Source of the DNA: Octopus vulgaris
Lineage: Eukaryota
Assembly: GCA_951406725.2 (NCBI GenBank)
Contig: OX597824.1
Span: 70,556,001-70,620,000 of the forward strand
DNA length: 64,000 nt
Reading direction: 5' to 3'
In this document: positions 13,131 through 25,914 of the stretch, piece after piece
Position numbering within the stretch: the stretch's first letter is position 1
How the letters are laid out: every line of letters starts with the position of its first letter
The notes under the pieces: generated by a model
Databases searched by the model: none
The model's input: only the letters and a program-made list of their open reading frames with translations
Told to the model about the DNA's origin: nothing
Translations under genes and position numbers: made by a program

Positions 13131-13260
13131 AGTGCTTTTACGTGGCCCCACATAGGCACTTTTACATGACACTACACTGGTGCTTTTACGTGGCGCTGCA
13201 TGGACACTTTTATGTGGCACCACATTGGCGCTTTTACATGGTACCACCACAAGTGCTTTG
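13131..13260. repeat. 24-bp minisatellite (about 5 units)
   Basis: Units of the form gtgcttttacgtggc.ccacatag. The core resembles the gtgcttttacgtgccac motif in the RTE 3' UTR. Confidence 0.75.
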
Positions 13261-13425
13261 AACCACTTATCTGCTAGTTTAGATAGTCGACTTACCACAG
13301 TCATGCTGCTGTTTTTGTGGTTGAATAATAATAAAAAGGGAATGCCTATTTTAGCTTTTATTATTTTTTTTTGTAAGATATCCAGTTAATCAAATAAATA
13401 TTTATAGCTAGATGGTTATGAAATA

Positions 13426-13475
13426 AAATTTGGTTAAGTGCCTTTGGAGTAAATTTGGTTAAGTGCCTTTGGAGT
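13426..13475. repeat. Perfect 25-bp tandem duplication
   Basis: aaatttggttaagtgcctttggagt twice. Confidence 0.95.
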
Positions 13476-13552
13476 TTAAGTGTAACTGCTAAGTGGATAA
13501 AGTACAGAACTGTCTATGTAATGGTCTTCAGTTGAAATTCAGTAGAGATAGA

Positions 13553-14230
13553 CATAGGCATGGGTGTGTGGTAAGATGCTTGCTTCTCAACCAGATGGTC
13601 CTGGGTTCAGTCCCACTGCACAGCACCTTGAGCAAATGTGGAGGCACATGGCCTAGTGGTTAGAGCAGTGAACTCGCGGTCGAGGGATCGCGGGTTCGAA
13701 TCTCAGACCAGACGATATGTGTGTTTATGAGCGAAACACCTAAGCTCCACGCGACTCCGGCAGAAGGTAATGGCGAAACTTCTGCTGACTCTTCCGCCTC
13801 AACTTTCTCTCACTCTTTCCTCCTGCATCTTGCAGCTCACCTGTGACGGACTGGCGTCCCGTCCAGGTGGGGAACCTATATGCCAAGAAACCTGGAAACC
13901 GGCCCTTATGAGCCAGGCATGGCTCGAGAAGGAACAAACAACAACCTTGGGCAAATATCTTCTACTATATCCTTAAGCTGACCGAAGTCTTGTGAGTGGA
14001 TTTGGTAGATGGAAACTGGAAGAAGCCCATTCTGTGTGTATTTGTCCCCCTGTCATCACTTGACAACCACTACTGGTGTGTTTATGTCCCCCATAACTTG
14101 ACAGTTTGGCAAAAGAGACTATGCTTACAAAGAGTAAGACTTGGTGTTGATTTCTTCAGCTAAAATCCTTTAAGGCGGTGCTCCAGCATGGCCACAGTCA
14201 AATGGCTGAAACAAATAAAAGAATAAAAGA
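13553..14230 (+). mobile_element. Family A SINE interrupted by a younger SINE
   Basis: The consensus resumes after 13956. Confidence 0.8.
13638..13943 (+). mobile_element. tRNA-derived SINE (family D, with a V-domain-like segment)
   Basis: A box tggcctagtgg, B box ggttcgaatct, internal cctgtgacggactggcgtcccgtccagg, (ACA)n tail. 13-bp TSD acctt.agcaaat/gggcaaat (13625-13637, 13944-13956). Confidence 0.85.
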
Positions 14231-15047
14231 CCTAAAGAAAGAATATTTTATTGCATTTTGGACAGTTACTTATGGTCTCTGTGTTGAACCATTTACATTA
14301 TCTAAGATTGTATAATTTTTAGAAATTGGCATCATTTGTTAGGTCTTCTGAAATGGAAGTGAAAGACAGTTATCCTATCCAGGAATGTTTCTCTCTAATC
14401 TGCCTAACATCATTAAATGAGAACAGTGGAGTACTAGATCTTGTACCAGTTTCATTCATCAGGCTGCAGCTATGCAGGGGTACCACCTTCAACTTCTGGT
14501 TGAATGAATCCACCCCAATACTTACTTTTTTAGCCTGGTACTTATTCTGTCAGTCTCTTTTACTGAACCACTAAGTTGAAAAAATGATACAACCTCAGTC
14601 GATTTTCAAATCTTATTGGATTCTTATAAGAGGATCTGCATCAGTTTGACCAATCCCAGAGCAACGAGCAGCTAATCTGTTTATATTCTCAACAATTTCA
14701 GTTGCTACAGAGAACTCGAATTTCTAATTTGCATACCATAAGTGCTGACACTTTATTTTAAATACCAGAGGCCTGTCAATGGAGGTCTTAGTCCACACAG
14801 TATCAAGATATAGTATAATACATGTAACCTTACATAGTACCTTTATAAAACAGAGCTAATTTAGCTGTTTCTCATCATCATAATTTAACATCCATTTTCC
14901 ATGCTGGCATGGGTTGGACAGTTTGACTGAAAACTGGTAAGCTGGGGAATTGCACCAGGTTCCAATCTGATTTAGCATAGTTTCTACAGCTGGATGCCCT
15001 TCCTAATGCCAACCACTCCGAGAGTGTAGATTGAAAAAATGATGAAC

Positions 15048-15092
15048 AACCTTAATCGGTTTTCGAATCTTATTGAATTCTCTTCAGAGGCT
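15048..15092 (-). ncRNA. Minimal type I hammerhead ribozyme (intact core)
   Basis: Minus strand: agcct-CUGAAGA-gaatt(caataa)gattc-GAAA-a(ccga)u-UA|aggtt. Stems I, II and III all pair. A core-mutated paralog lies at 14591-14635. Confidence 0.7.
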
Positions 15093-16513
15093 TCTACATC
15101 AGTTTGACCAATCTCAACAAGTGATGGTTTGTTTATGTCCCTGTGATTTAGTGATTCATTAAAATAAGCTGATGGAATATATGTCACACTTAGAAAAAAT
15201 AACTAAGCCATAGGGTCAATCTGTTTGACTAAACCTTCCATGGTTGCAGTTGAATGACTGATGAAACAAGAAAAGATAGAGGGATATACACATTAGACAA
15301 TGTAGTTTTCTGATGTACAATTTAGACAGGGTGGTCACAGCAGTAATGACTTTGATCAAGTATCTGGTTGATTGATCATGGCTGGTCATGCTAAACCACC
15401 ACCACCACTACCATCACCCTTTATATAGCACATATAAAGGGTGGCTTTGTGTGTATGTGTGTGTGTGTTTGTAGAAGTGTGGAACCACTGACAGATTTTA
15501 GCCCAGCATCACCAGTGGGGTCTCCTCCCCCACCAGAACCGCCACCACCTGCCACCCACCACCCGCCACCACCTAACAATCCCCTGATCTGACTCCGCTC
15601 TCCTCAAGCAAGCTGTGACTCCTTTGTGTTATTTTGCCTTAGTTAACACCTTTTGTTCTCTGGGTTTTGTGTGTTTCAGTTTTGCATTGTTTTGTTAAGG
15701 GTCTCTCAACCATTAAACATCCAGTCTGTGATTGTGTGTGTGTGTATGTGTGTGTGTGTGTGTGAGAAGTGTTGGTTGCAGTGGAGGAGGAGGAGGACTC
15801 GGTCTTCTCTTTCTCTTTACTAGTCTTCATTTAACTGTTTGATTGTGGTCACATGAGACTCACCAGTTAACCACAGACCCCCTCCCCCCATTCTCTCTCC
15901 CTTCCCACCACAGTTAACACATGCACCTCTCGCATGCACCTCCCCATGCACACACACACACACACACACACTCTACTATACTGTCAAATAAAATTCACTG
16001 AAGTACTTGGTGGTGGTGGTGGTGGTGGTAGTGATAGGGGTGATGTTTATAGTGACGGATTTCCTATTATTTCTATTGTTGGTCCTTTTTGTATTGTTTT
16101 TAAGTCAAAAAAAAAAGAAATTCAGTTTCTATCTACTTTGGAAGTCTATTAAAACTGTATGCAGACACTCACTCACAGACACACTCACACGCTCTCACGC
16201 TCACACACTCTTACATACATGTGCATATGCACACTTATTTGCATACACAGGTGCAAAGACTTAGTTGCAAGCACATACACATTCAGATACAGCTTGCATT
16301 ACACACACACACACAGACACACACACAAAAAAAAGAACTTACGCAACTGAATGTAAACATGCACAAGCTAAACATGCATGCACAAGCTAAACATGCATGC
16401 ACACACATGGGCTCACACACACACACATACATGCACACATGCACGCACACAGACATCACACTCACATAGGCACACACCCCCATAGACGTGCACACACACA
16501 CATCACTCACGTA

Positions 16514-16558
<45 letters not shown>

Positions 16559-17446
16559 ATAGGCACACACACACACACTCATAGGCATACACATACACAC
16601 ACTCATAGGCACACACACATTTACACTCACATAAACAACATACAACTGCAGGTACAAGGGAACACTCTCTCACATACAGGGACAACTTCAGGTAGATGCA
16701 CATATAGACACATACACACTTGTATAATGCACGTGCATCTATGCATCCACACACATGCATGCACGCACAACTGCCAGTACTTGTTCTTTCTCACACAGAT
16801 ACAACTTCAAGCATGCACACATTCATATGACTGCAACTAAACACACACACACACGCAAAATTTTCTGCCATCTGCACACAGATACACAAAAGAATAAAGA
16901 CTGACTAAACAAATGAATGATGTGAATATTTGTGGAGATTAGAAGGAAAGAAAAAAAAACAGCAAAGAAAAATGATTTGTCTAATGAGAAACTTTGTGAT
17001 TGCGTGTGTGGTGCATATATATAGTGTGGTGCGTATATAGTGTGTATGAATGTGTGCATGGTGCATATATATAGTGTGTGTATTGTGTCTATGAACATAG
17101 TGTGTGCTTATCATGAATGTAGAAAGAAAAGGGTATTTGTGGTGTTTGTATAGTGCATATGCTTTTATGTAATACATAAGTGCAGTGTGTGTGTGGATGC
17201 ATGCATCAAAGTTGGTGCACATGTTTTGGGCATTGTGTTTGCATCCATGTGCATTTGTGTGTATGCATGGGGGGAGGTAAGAGCATGTGTTAGCAGTGTG
17301 TGTGTGTGTTTTAGTGTGTTTCTCACTATATTTCCTGATAGACAATACATTAATTATTGATCCAGTGGGGTGGCTTCAAGTGAAATAGCAACCAAATCTC
17401 CCTCAAATCACTCCATACCATTTCAAAAAAGGAAAGACATATTGAT

Positions 17447-17498
<52 letters not shown>

Positions 17499-17510
17499 CA
17501 TTTTTTTATC

Positions 17511-18033
17511 TGGTGGATCCGAGCGAAAGGACTAGAGACAAACACTTATCCCTCTGGCCAATCGCTCATCAACTTTTTTTCAAGTACCATTTGAAAAGGA
17601 AGGTGAGAATGGAAAGGCAAGTTTTGTCTCATGAAAGTTTCAAAAAAAGGTGGGTGAATGTAGCAAAGATGGTGCGTGCAAATGACGAAACCACTTTGAG
17701 CATGATCCTGTAAATCGTAAAAGAGAGAGAGAGAGAGCACTTTGCTCTCATGTGTTTATTTCCTCCCTGCCTGAGGTTACCGTGGTCTTTTCTATAGGCT
17801 TTTCTTTCCACGGATGAACCTAATCTTGTTTGTTACTTTTGAAAACAAAAAAGATTTTTCTTTCTGTGATACACGATTCCTTTTGATCGTTTTTTTTTTC
17901 TTCCGATCCCTTTTGATCGAAATTTTACATTTATTTCTTTTTTTTCTTCTTTTTCTTTTTCCATCTCTGAAAAGAAAAGCTCTACATTTGTAATTGTCCC
18001 CTCTGTGTCCAGCCCTGTGTGACCAATAAAGAA
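17511..18033 (+). mobile_element. L1/Tx1-like LINE 3' end
   Basis: WWIRAKGLETNTYPSGQSLINFF/KYHLKRKVRMERQVLS...KRWVNVAKM...*, then a 3' UTR ending ccaataaagaaa. Homologous to 58520-59030 (minus strand). Confidence 0.7.
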
Positions 18034-18079
18034 AGTTATCTTTTATTTGTTTGTCATTTACACTGCGGCCATTCTTGGT

Positions 18080-18691
18080 CACTGCCTTGAAGAATTTTGG
18101 TCAAATGCATCAACCCCAGCACTTGTTTGTTTTTCTTTTTAAGCCTGGTGCTTATTCTGTCTATCTCTTTTGCTGAACTGCTAAATTACAGGGATGTATA
18201 TACACCAACACCATTGGTCAAGTGGTGGTGACACGCACACACACATACATACATACATACATACACATATTTACACACACACATACACATATACTATGGG
18301 CTGCTTTCAGTTTCCATCTATCAAATTCACTTGCAAGGATTTGGTTGGCCTGAGGCTATAGATGAAGACACTGACCAAGGTGCCATGCACTAAAACTGAA
18401 CCCAGAACCATCTGGTCAGGAAGCAAACTTCTTACCACACAGCCACGGTTGTGTCATATACATACCAATATTTACAAAGGAAAGGTTGACAGTAACTTTA
18501 AAGTTTTGCTACTGTTGGTTCCATCAAATTGTATCCAACAAATGAAACTTTGAAGTTGCTGCCAGCCTTTTCTTTGTAAGAATAAATGCGTTTCACGGAG
18601 ATGTACTTGCATAGCAAGTGACTTGATCTGAGATCGGGGACATAAATACACCAGCATCGGTTGTCAAGCAATGCTAGGGGGACAAACACAG

Positions 18692-18740
<49 letters not shown>

Positions 18741-18902
18741 CATATACACGACAGGCTTCTTTCAGTTTCCGTCTACCAAATCCACTCACAAGGCTTTGGT
18801 CGGCCTAAGGCTATAGTAGAAGACACTTGCCCAAGGTGCCACACAGTGGGACTGAACCCGGAACCATGTGGTTGGTAAACAAGCTACTTACCACACAGCC
18901 AC
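18080..18902 (-). mobile_element. Two family A SINE copies (18080-18450 and 18637-18902)
   Basis: Reverse-complement matches to the family consensus. Confidence 0.8.
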
Positions 18903-18981
18903 ACATATATATATATGTATATTTAGCGGCATACATACACTTTGCTCTCTTTTATATATATATATGCACCACACACACACA

Positions 18982-19027
<46 letters not shown>

Positions 19028-19648
19028 AAAAGATAATGTAGTCATGGCTGGATCAGAATAGCACAGAAGCTAAACTAAAACTCATTAAGATACCAAAACC
19101 AAACAATGAAGTAGATATTAACATATTTAAATGACTTGGATCACAAAGTTGTAGTTAATTAAAACTATCTTGATTCCCTCCATTGTGTTAGTGAGCACTT
19201 TACTGTCTGCTCTTCACACAGCTGGTGACTCTGAGCATTATTTTCCTCTCGCTCACTCTTTCAATCCAAAATTAAGCTAACAAGATACTAATTCTGAAAT
19301 TTAGTGTCTGATGTCATTATCTTTCTCTCTTCCTTCCATTCACTCTCTCTCTCTATCTCTCTCTCTCTCCCCACACTAATCTTATTCTGTACCCCCACAC
19401 ACCCCCACCGGCTGAGCCTCTCTTTTTTCTTTTTTTTCTTTTTTTTTTTAATTCCTTTATAATTTCTAAAGAAAGGAAAAAAAATTTTGAAAAGTCATTG
19501 AAGATCATAAATAAAATGTACAGCAGTGATAATAATAATGAGCCAAATATACTCGTACACACAGATGTGTGTGTATAAGTTTGCATAAATATACATACAT
19601 ACAGAAAATAAACATCTGTGAGTATATACATCTCTCTCTCTATCTCCC

Positions 19649-19729
<81 letters not shown>

Positions 19730-19925
19730 CCATACATGTGCACACACTCGTACACAATCTCGTACAAAGGTAGTTCATTAAATATGGACCCATCTGTTGG
19801 GTTTTTTGATGTCTTTTCACCTTTTTCTTTCATCTTTTATTATATATTTTCATGTTGTTCTTGTTTTGTTTATGCTTTATCAACCATTTGTTCATTATTT
19901 TAACAATTGTGTGTCTATGTGTGTG

Positions 19926-19959
<34 letters not shown>

Positions 19960-20082
19960 CACACATACATTCATACACATAGTAGTTGAATTAGGAGACA
20001 TACAAGCACACAAGTCTTTATATGTATGTGTATATGTGTGTGTATATGTACATGTGTTTGTGTGTGTGTGTGTATATATATA

Positions 20083-20119
<37 letters not shown>

Positions 20120-20496
20120 GTGTGTGTATAGACATGATAATGTAGGATTTTGCTCTGTTTATTTTTTCTCTTTATCTTTTCCTTTTTCGCCTATTTTTTA
20201 AAAATTTAGCCAGATTGCAATTATTATGATGGTTTGATGGTTGTAATATAAGGATTTTGCTTAATGTCTTCCTCGTGAACCGATGCTGCTGCTGTTCTTG
20301 TTTAGTTATGCTCCTTTTTGTTCTGAGTTCCACTGTGGCTGAGGTCAACTTTGGATATCATCCTTCCTGGTTCATAAACTAAGTAACTGTGAGTGGGTGT
20401 ACCAATTAAGTCATCAACAAGATTTCTTTCCCAGAAATCTACAGTCTTGTGCCAATGATATTATTATCATTATTGTTGTTATTATTATCATTATTA

Positions 20497-21002
20497 AGGC
20501 GTTGAGCTGGCAGAGTCATTAGCATGCTGGACGAAATGCTTACTGGTATTTTGCCCGTCACTACATTCTGAGTTCAAATCCTGCTGAGGTCGACTTTGCC
20601 TTTCATCCTTTCGGGGGTCGATAAAATGCGTACCAGTTAATCACTGGGGTCAATGTAATTGACTCATCCCCTCCCCCAAAACTGCTGCCCTTCTGACAAA
20701 ATTTGAAACCTTTTTTTATTTAAATTTTGTCAGTCTTGTTTAGAGATAAAACCCTCACAACAGCACACACACTCATACACATTCTTTGTTTCGTCCTGTA
20801 CTGTCCATAGTATTTTTCTTAATGTAAACCTACATTGAACAAAATGCTTAGCAGCATTTCATCCGTCCTTACATTCTGAGTTCAAACCTATGCCTTTCAT
20901 CCTTTCAGGGTTCATAAAACAAGTAGCAGTTGAACACTGGGGTCAGTGTAATTGATTCACCTTCTCCCCTAAAATTGCTTTCCTTATGGCAAAATTTGAA
21001 AC

Positions 21003-21005
<3 letters not shown>
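20497..21005 (+). mobile_element. Two family B SINE copies
   Basis: aaggcgttgagctggcagagtc...gagttcaaatcc...aaatttgaaacc. Confidence 0.8.
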
Positions 21006-21042
<37 letters not shown>

Positions 21043-21389
21043 GAGTGAGAGAGCAAATCATACCATCAAAGCAACACTGGGATAAAATATACAAAGCCCA
21101 GTATACCCATCATGACTACCCGTCTAATAAGGGTACACCAGGTACATGCATCACAATCATATGTGCGCAACATGGTGATCTCATATGTGCCAAAATTTGA
21201 AACCAGTATTTTATATTTATTAGTTCCAAACCCCAACTTAATAATGAGAAAGTTATTTTATTAACCCTTTTGAGACACGGTGTTTTGGTATGTGTAGCCA
21301 AAAAGAGCAAAATTTTTTTTATGTTGCGATTGAAATTGATGGGTGCATGTAGAAAAGAAAAAGATAAAATGACTAAAACTACTGTAATT

Positions 21390-21612
21390 ACTCTTTGCTC
21401 TTTTTATTCTTTTATTTGTCATTTAACTGCAGCCATGCTGGAGCACCACCTTTAGTCAAATAAAGCGATCCTAGATCTTATTTTTTGTAAGCCTAGTACT
21501 TATTCTATTGGTCTCTTTTGCTGAACCGCTAAGTTACGGGAACGTAGGCACACCAGCATCGGTTGTCAAGTGATGGTGGGAGGATAAACACAGACACACA
21601 AACACATATATA

Positions 21613-21664
<52 letters not shown>

Positions 21665-21666
21665 AT

Positions 21667-21701
<35 letters not shown>

Positions 21702-21885
21702 TATATACGACGACCTTCTTTCAGTTTCTGTCTACCAAACCCACTCACAAGGCTTTGGTCAGCCTGAGGCTGTAACAGAAGACACTTGCCCAAGGTGTCA
21801 CACAGTGGGACTGAACCTGGAACCATGCAGTGCCATGCAGTGGCTGGTAAGCAAGCTACTTACCACACAGCCACTCCTGCACCTA
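21390..21885 (-). mobile_element. Family A SINE inside a TTAA-type MITE (about 21261-22054)
   Basis: SINE consensus. The host begins ttaacccttttgagac and ends ccaagagggttaa. Confidence 0.75.
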
Positions 21886-22889
21886 TAAGTATGTAAAACT
21901 ATATATTTATATAATGTGTTTTATATCATATCTACTGAAAGATGGTCTCTGATGGGCTATTGCACTTCAAAACTTTTGTTTCATCAGGCCGATGGATTGG
22001 TCTCAAAGTCCTTTCAGCTTGTGTCATTTGGGCCAGGTGTTCCAAGAGGGTTAAATTCTTCATTATTGTAAAAATTAATTGAAACAAAGGCAGCATGTGT
22101 TAATAGAAATATGGTAACAAAAGTGTTAAATCAGTTCCTATGAGACAATCCCATCACCCCCTTCTCACTATCACCAAATGTGTGACCTTTGAGCTTATTA
22201 CAGAAATCTAGCCTTAGTTAAGACACCTGACTTATGTATCTGGCTCAGAATACTTGTTTATGTAAACATAGACCTTCCAGTCCTTGACTTGTGCCTTATT
22301 TTATAGACCCACCTGGGAGTTTTTTCTTTTTGTTATTTTTTTTGTTTTTTTGTTGACATTGATAATGCCAACACTAAACCTGATGATGACAGCAAAGGAC
22401 TAAATAAGTGATGACAGTTCAAGTCTTACTATTTAACTTTAACATTGTGTTTCCTCTTCCTCCTCCTCTCTTTCTCTTTATATATTTTCTCATGGAACTA
22501 CTTTCACAAGTCAAAAACTTAAAACTAAAAATTCGAACATTAAAGTGAGTGTGTGTGTGTGTGCTTGCATGTGTATGTACATGTATGTAATATATATCAT
22601 CATTCTATGCTGGTGTAGAAGACAGATGTTAAGTGATGATGATGACAGGAGCTGGTAAGCCAGAGGAATGCACCAAGTTCCACTGTCTACTTTGGCATGG
22701 CTTTTACGGCTGGATGCTCTTCCTTAACGCCAACCACTTTACAGAGTGCACTGAATACATTTTACGTGGCACCAGCACCAACAAATTCTGCTTTGGCATG
22801 GTTTAACAGCTGGATGCTCTCCCTAACTTCAAGTCTGGGAGGAAGGGGTGGTGCACAAGACCTTTTCCTAGCCCTTCAAGACTGGCAAG

Positions 22890-23357
22890 ATTGATGCCAG
22901 TAGTGTCACTCTTGACCATTTCTAAGTCAACCTGTACTAAAGATGTGAGCAGGGAAGGAATTCCAGAGGGATGTTATTTTAAGGAAGGAAGGAAGGATTG
23001 TGTGTAGTGATCAGTGTAAAGTCTTGTAGGTGAGGGTGTTAAACAGCAGCAAGGATGGTCGGAGGAGAGACTAGTGAATTGTGAGCACCTGCATGGAGAT
23101 GGCATGAACCCAAGCAAGCTATAAAGAACAAAGGCTGTTCTTAGCAGCAATAGAAAAGGCAGCAATAAGAGAGCTGCTTGTGGGCCAGGGTACTGGAGTG
23201 TATGCTTGTGAGTGACTTATGCTATTCAGTTGGGTGGTCTAGGTGGCCTTTTTTCTCTGGATGTGGTAGGTGTCTGAGTGTGTGTACAGCAAGAACATCA
23301 TTCCAGATGTGAGATCAATGCTCCATTGTGGGTCTTATCTGAGCTTTGCAGTGTGTC
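22890..23357 (-). pseudogene. CR1/Jockey-group LINE ORF2 C-terminal relic
   Basis: Minus-strand translation KAQIRPTMEH*SHIW ... IQRK ... YTQSF ... LWNS.P matches the CR1-group RT tail pattern. Confidence 0.7.
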
Positions 23358-23378
23358 AAAAAATTGTTGGGTTTAGAG

Positions 23379-23632
23379 CAGTGGTTCTTAACCTGGTGGC
23401 AGGAGGTGGGGGGCATGGATGGTGCGGGAGAAAGTAATTTATTTCATGTATTTGAGGTATTGCATTGCAGCTATATTGCTGTATTGTAGAGTCATGTATT
23501 GCAGTTGCTAATGATATCATGCCTGTATGTGCTTCATCCCTGCTCTGTGACTCCCATGGCGCTTTGCGTTCCAAGACCATTACAGAATTTATTATAGGGT
23601 TTGCAGTAATGTCCTGGAGAGTCTTGGTGGGT

Positions 23633-23666
<34 letters not shown>

Positions 23667-23944
23667 GTTTAGCGTCCGCTTTCCATGCTAGTATGGGTTG
23701 GACGGTTCAACTGGGGTTTGGGAAGCCAGAAGGCTGCACCAGGCCCAGTCTGATCTGGCAATGTTTCTACGGCTGGATGCCCTTCCTAATGCCAACCACT
23801 CCGTGAGTGTAGTGGGTGCTTTTTACGTGCCACTGGCACAGGTGCCAGACGAGGCTGGCAAACGGCCACGATCGGATGGTGCTTTTTACGTGCCACCGGC
23901 ATGGGGGCCAGGCGAGGCCAATGAAAAAAAGTTAAGAACCACTT
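23379..23944. mobile_element. hAT MITE containing an RTE 3'-end insertion (about 23636-23920)
   Basis: TIRs cagtggttcttaac and gttaagaaccact. 8-bp TSD gtttagag/gtctagag. Confidence 0.85.
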
Positions 23945-24915
23945 GTCTAGAGGTTAAATTTTGTTCTGGTCTTTAACAGAAGGGCAAGTTACTAAGATGT
24001 AATCATAGCTATTCTGAACCCTTTTGTTAATTTATTGCTTTGGAAATACACTGCGTTTGTTTCAATTAATTTTGAAAATAATGAAGTATTACATAAAATA
24101 ATAACTTGGTTTATTATTAAGTTGGTGTTTTGCACATAAATGAACATGGAATTTTGATGGAAAGTTTTAATTTATTTTAACCCTTTAGTTACCATGCTTC
24201 TGTTGAAACACTACCTTTGCTTTGATTAAGTTTGAAAATTAACTATTATGAATTTAGTAAAAAATAACTCATAATTAAGCTGGTGTTTGAAGTATAAATT
24301 AACATGGAATTTTGACAGAAGGTTTTAATTTATCACTTTAAAGCGAGGAAGTTTAAATCATTTGGAATCATGAAGGGCTGTCTCAGGTGGGCTAGTATCA
24401 AAAGGGCCAGTGATGTGCTTTTGCTAATAGAGATCCTCACTAAAGTTGGATCTATTGTTGTTACACCTCACTCACCTGTCTCCCTCACTGCAGTTAATCC
24501 CACATAGTTTGAGTCAAATGAGTTGTCCAGTTTGATCAACAGATCTATTCTTTGCAGACAACCTTAAGATAGGATCAACTAGTGTGAGTCCTTTTGAATA
24601 ATAGATTACATAACCTATCAGATGGTTTTCCTGCATGGCTTCCATCTTCTCATTTATATGGTTTGGGTCAAATCAGTGCAGTGCTAGTAGAATAAGAAGA
24701 TATTTGACTTGATCAGGGTACTGCTTGCTGGAATTGAACCCAAATTTGAAAATGAACCGTGTGATGTGAGAGTGAATAACCATAACCCTCTTAGGACACC
24801 CAGGCCAATTGATCAGCCCCAATGATACAAGCTGAAAGGACTTTGAGGCAGATCTATTGCCCCAATGAAAGAAATGTTTTGAAGTGTAATAGTCAATCAG
24901 AGATCATCTTTCAGT

Positions 24916-25162
24916 CGCTCTAATGTAAAATTAATGGTTGTTGCCACCTCAATGTGGTTGTTCCATATGGAACAATGTTATGACTCTTTTTAACCTCAAG
25001 AGGGCACCTCCTCCAGCTGATTGACTACAGAATATCTATGTCCATTCTATTGCAAACAATGGAGCAAACAGCTCCCATCCAGCAGTGAAAGGACCAGTAG
25101 ACCAGAACTGTTTCAGAACCCTTCCTCAGTACTGATTACTGAGGTGGTAACAACCATTACTT
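24916..25162 (-). mobile_element. Hammerhead-bearing insert with inverted ends (Penelope- or retrozyme-like)
   Basis: 7-bp TSD tttcagt (24909-24915, 25163-25169). 20-bp inverted repeat at 24932-24951 and 25140-25159 (19/20 match). It interrupts a MITE that is continuous at about 28220. Confidence 0.75.
25095..25134 (-). ncRNA. Minimal type I hammerhead ribozyme (intact core, GUC site)
   Basis: Minus strand: cagua-CUGAGGA-ag(gguu)cu-GAAA-c(aguucug)g-UC|uacug. Perfect 5-bp stem I. Confidence 0.75.
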
Positions 25163-25503
25163 TTTCAGTAGAGACCAATAGAATAAGCAAAAGAGACCAA
25201 TAGAATAAGTCCTGGGGTCGATTTGTTCGACTAAAGGCAGTGCTCCAGCATGGCCCCAGTCAAATGACTGAAACAAGTAAAAGATAGTTTTACATAGTAA
25301 TTTAGTAGTTTTAGGTACTTTATCTTTCGTTTTGTACATGCACCCATCAGTTTCAATCTCTACAGAAAAAAGATTTTGGTCTTTTTTGGCTACACATAAC
25401 AAAATACAGTGTATCTGAAAAGGGTCAACCACTCAGCTATGTGATACATGTGCATGTGTGAGCACATACACATGTGAACACCTTGTAATTCCATCCATAT
25501 TAT

Positions 25504-25730
25504 TTAACCCTTTAGCATACAGATTTCTGTCAAATGTAATACTTATTTATCCACGTTGCCTTGAATTAATCATGAATTATCACAAAGCTTCCAGATTTCG
25601 ATAATGTGATTGTAGATTTCTGGGATGACATTGTAGGGTAGGTGTGAGAAGCTGGATCTGGCCAGTTTGAAACTAAAACAACTAGAATACTTGGACCTTT
25701 ATATGGCCAGTATAACTGCTAAAGTGTTAA
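25504..25730. mobile_element. piggyBac-type (TTAA) MITE
   Basis: TTAA-ccctttagca ... tgctaaagtg-TTAA. Other copies at 28389-28981 and 33494-33721. Confidence 0.8.
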
Positions 25731-25914
25731 ATTTTAGTGTGTATGTGTTTTCTATTCTTTCAAATTGTATTGTGAAATACCCTGATCCAATTTGCTATTA
25801 AAACGTAATACCCCTTCCTTTCTATCATGTGACCCCTCTCTAGATAATATTTTCTGGTATATTTCTGGTGGAATTAGGTGACAATAATAATGTGTGCCAG
25901 TTACTCTCTCTCTC

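Noticed and set aside
13131-13260. CRISPR-like periodic repeat
   Set aside because: Contiguous degenerate units without unique spacers, no cas genes, eukaryotic context.
13638-13710. tRNA gene
   Set aside because: It is the tRNA-like head of a SINE with body, tail and TSD; no acceptor stem.
14440-14466. CTGATGA-AT-GAAACTGGTA on the minus strand
   Set aside because: No stem II or stem I; explained by a mutated family A SINE tail.
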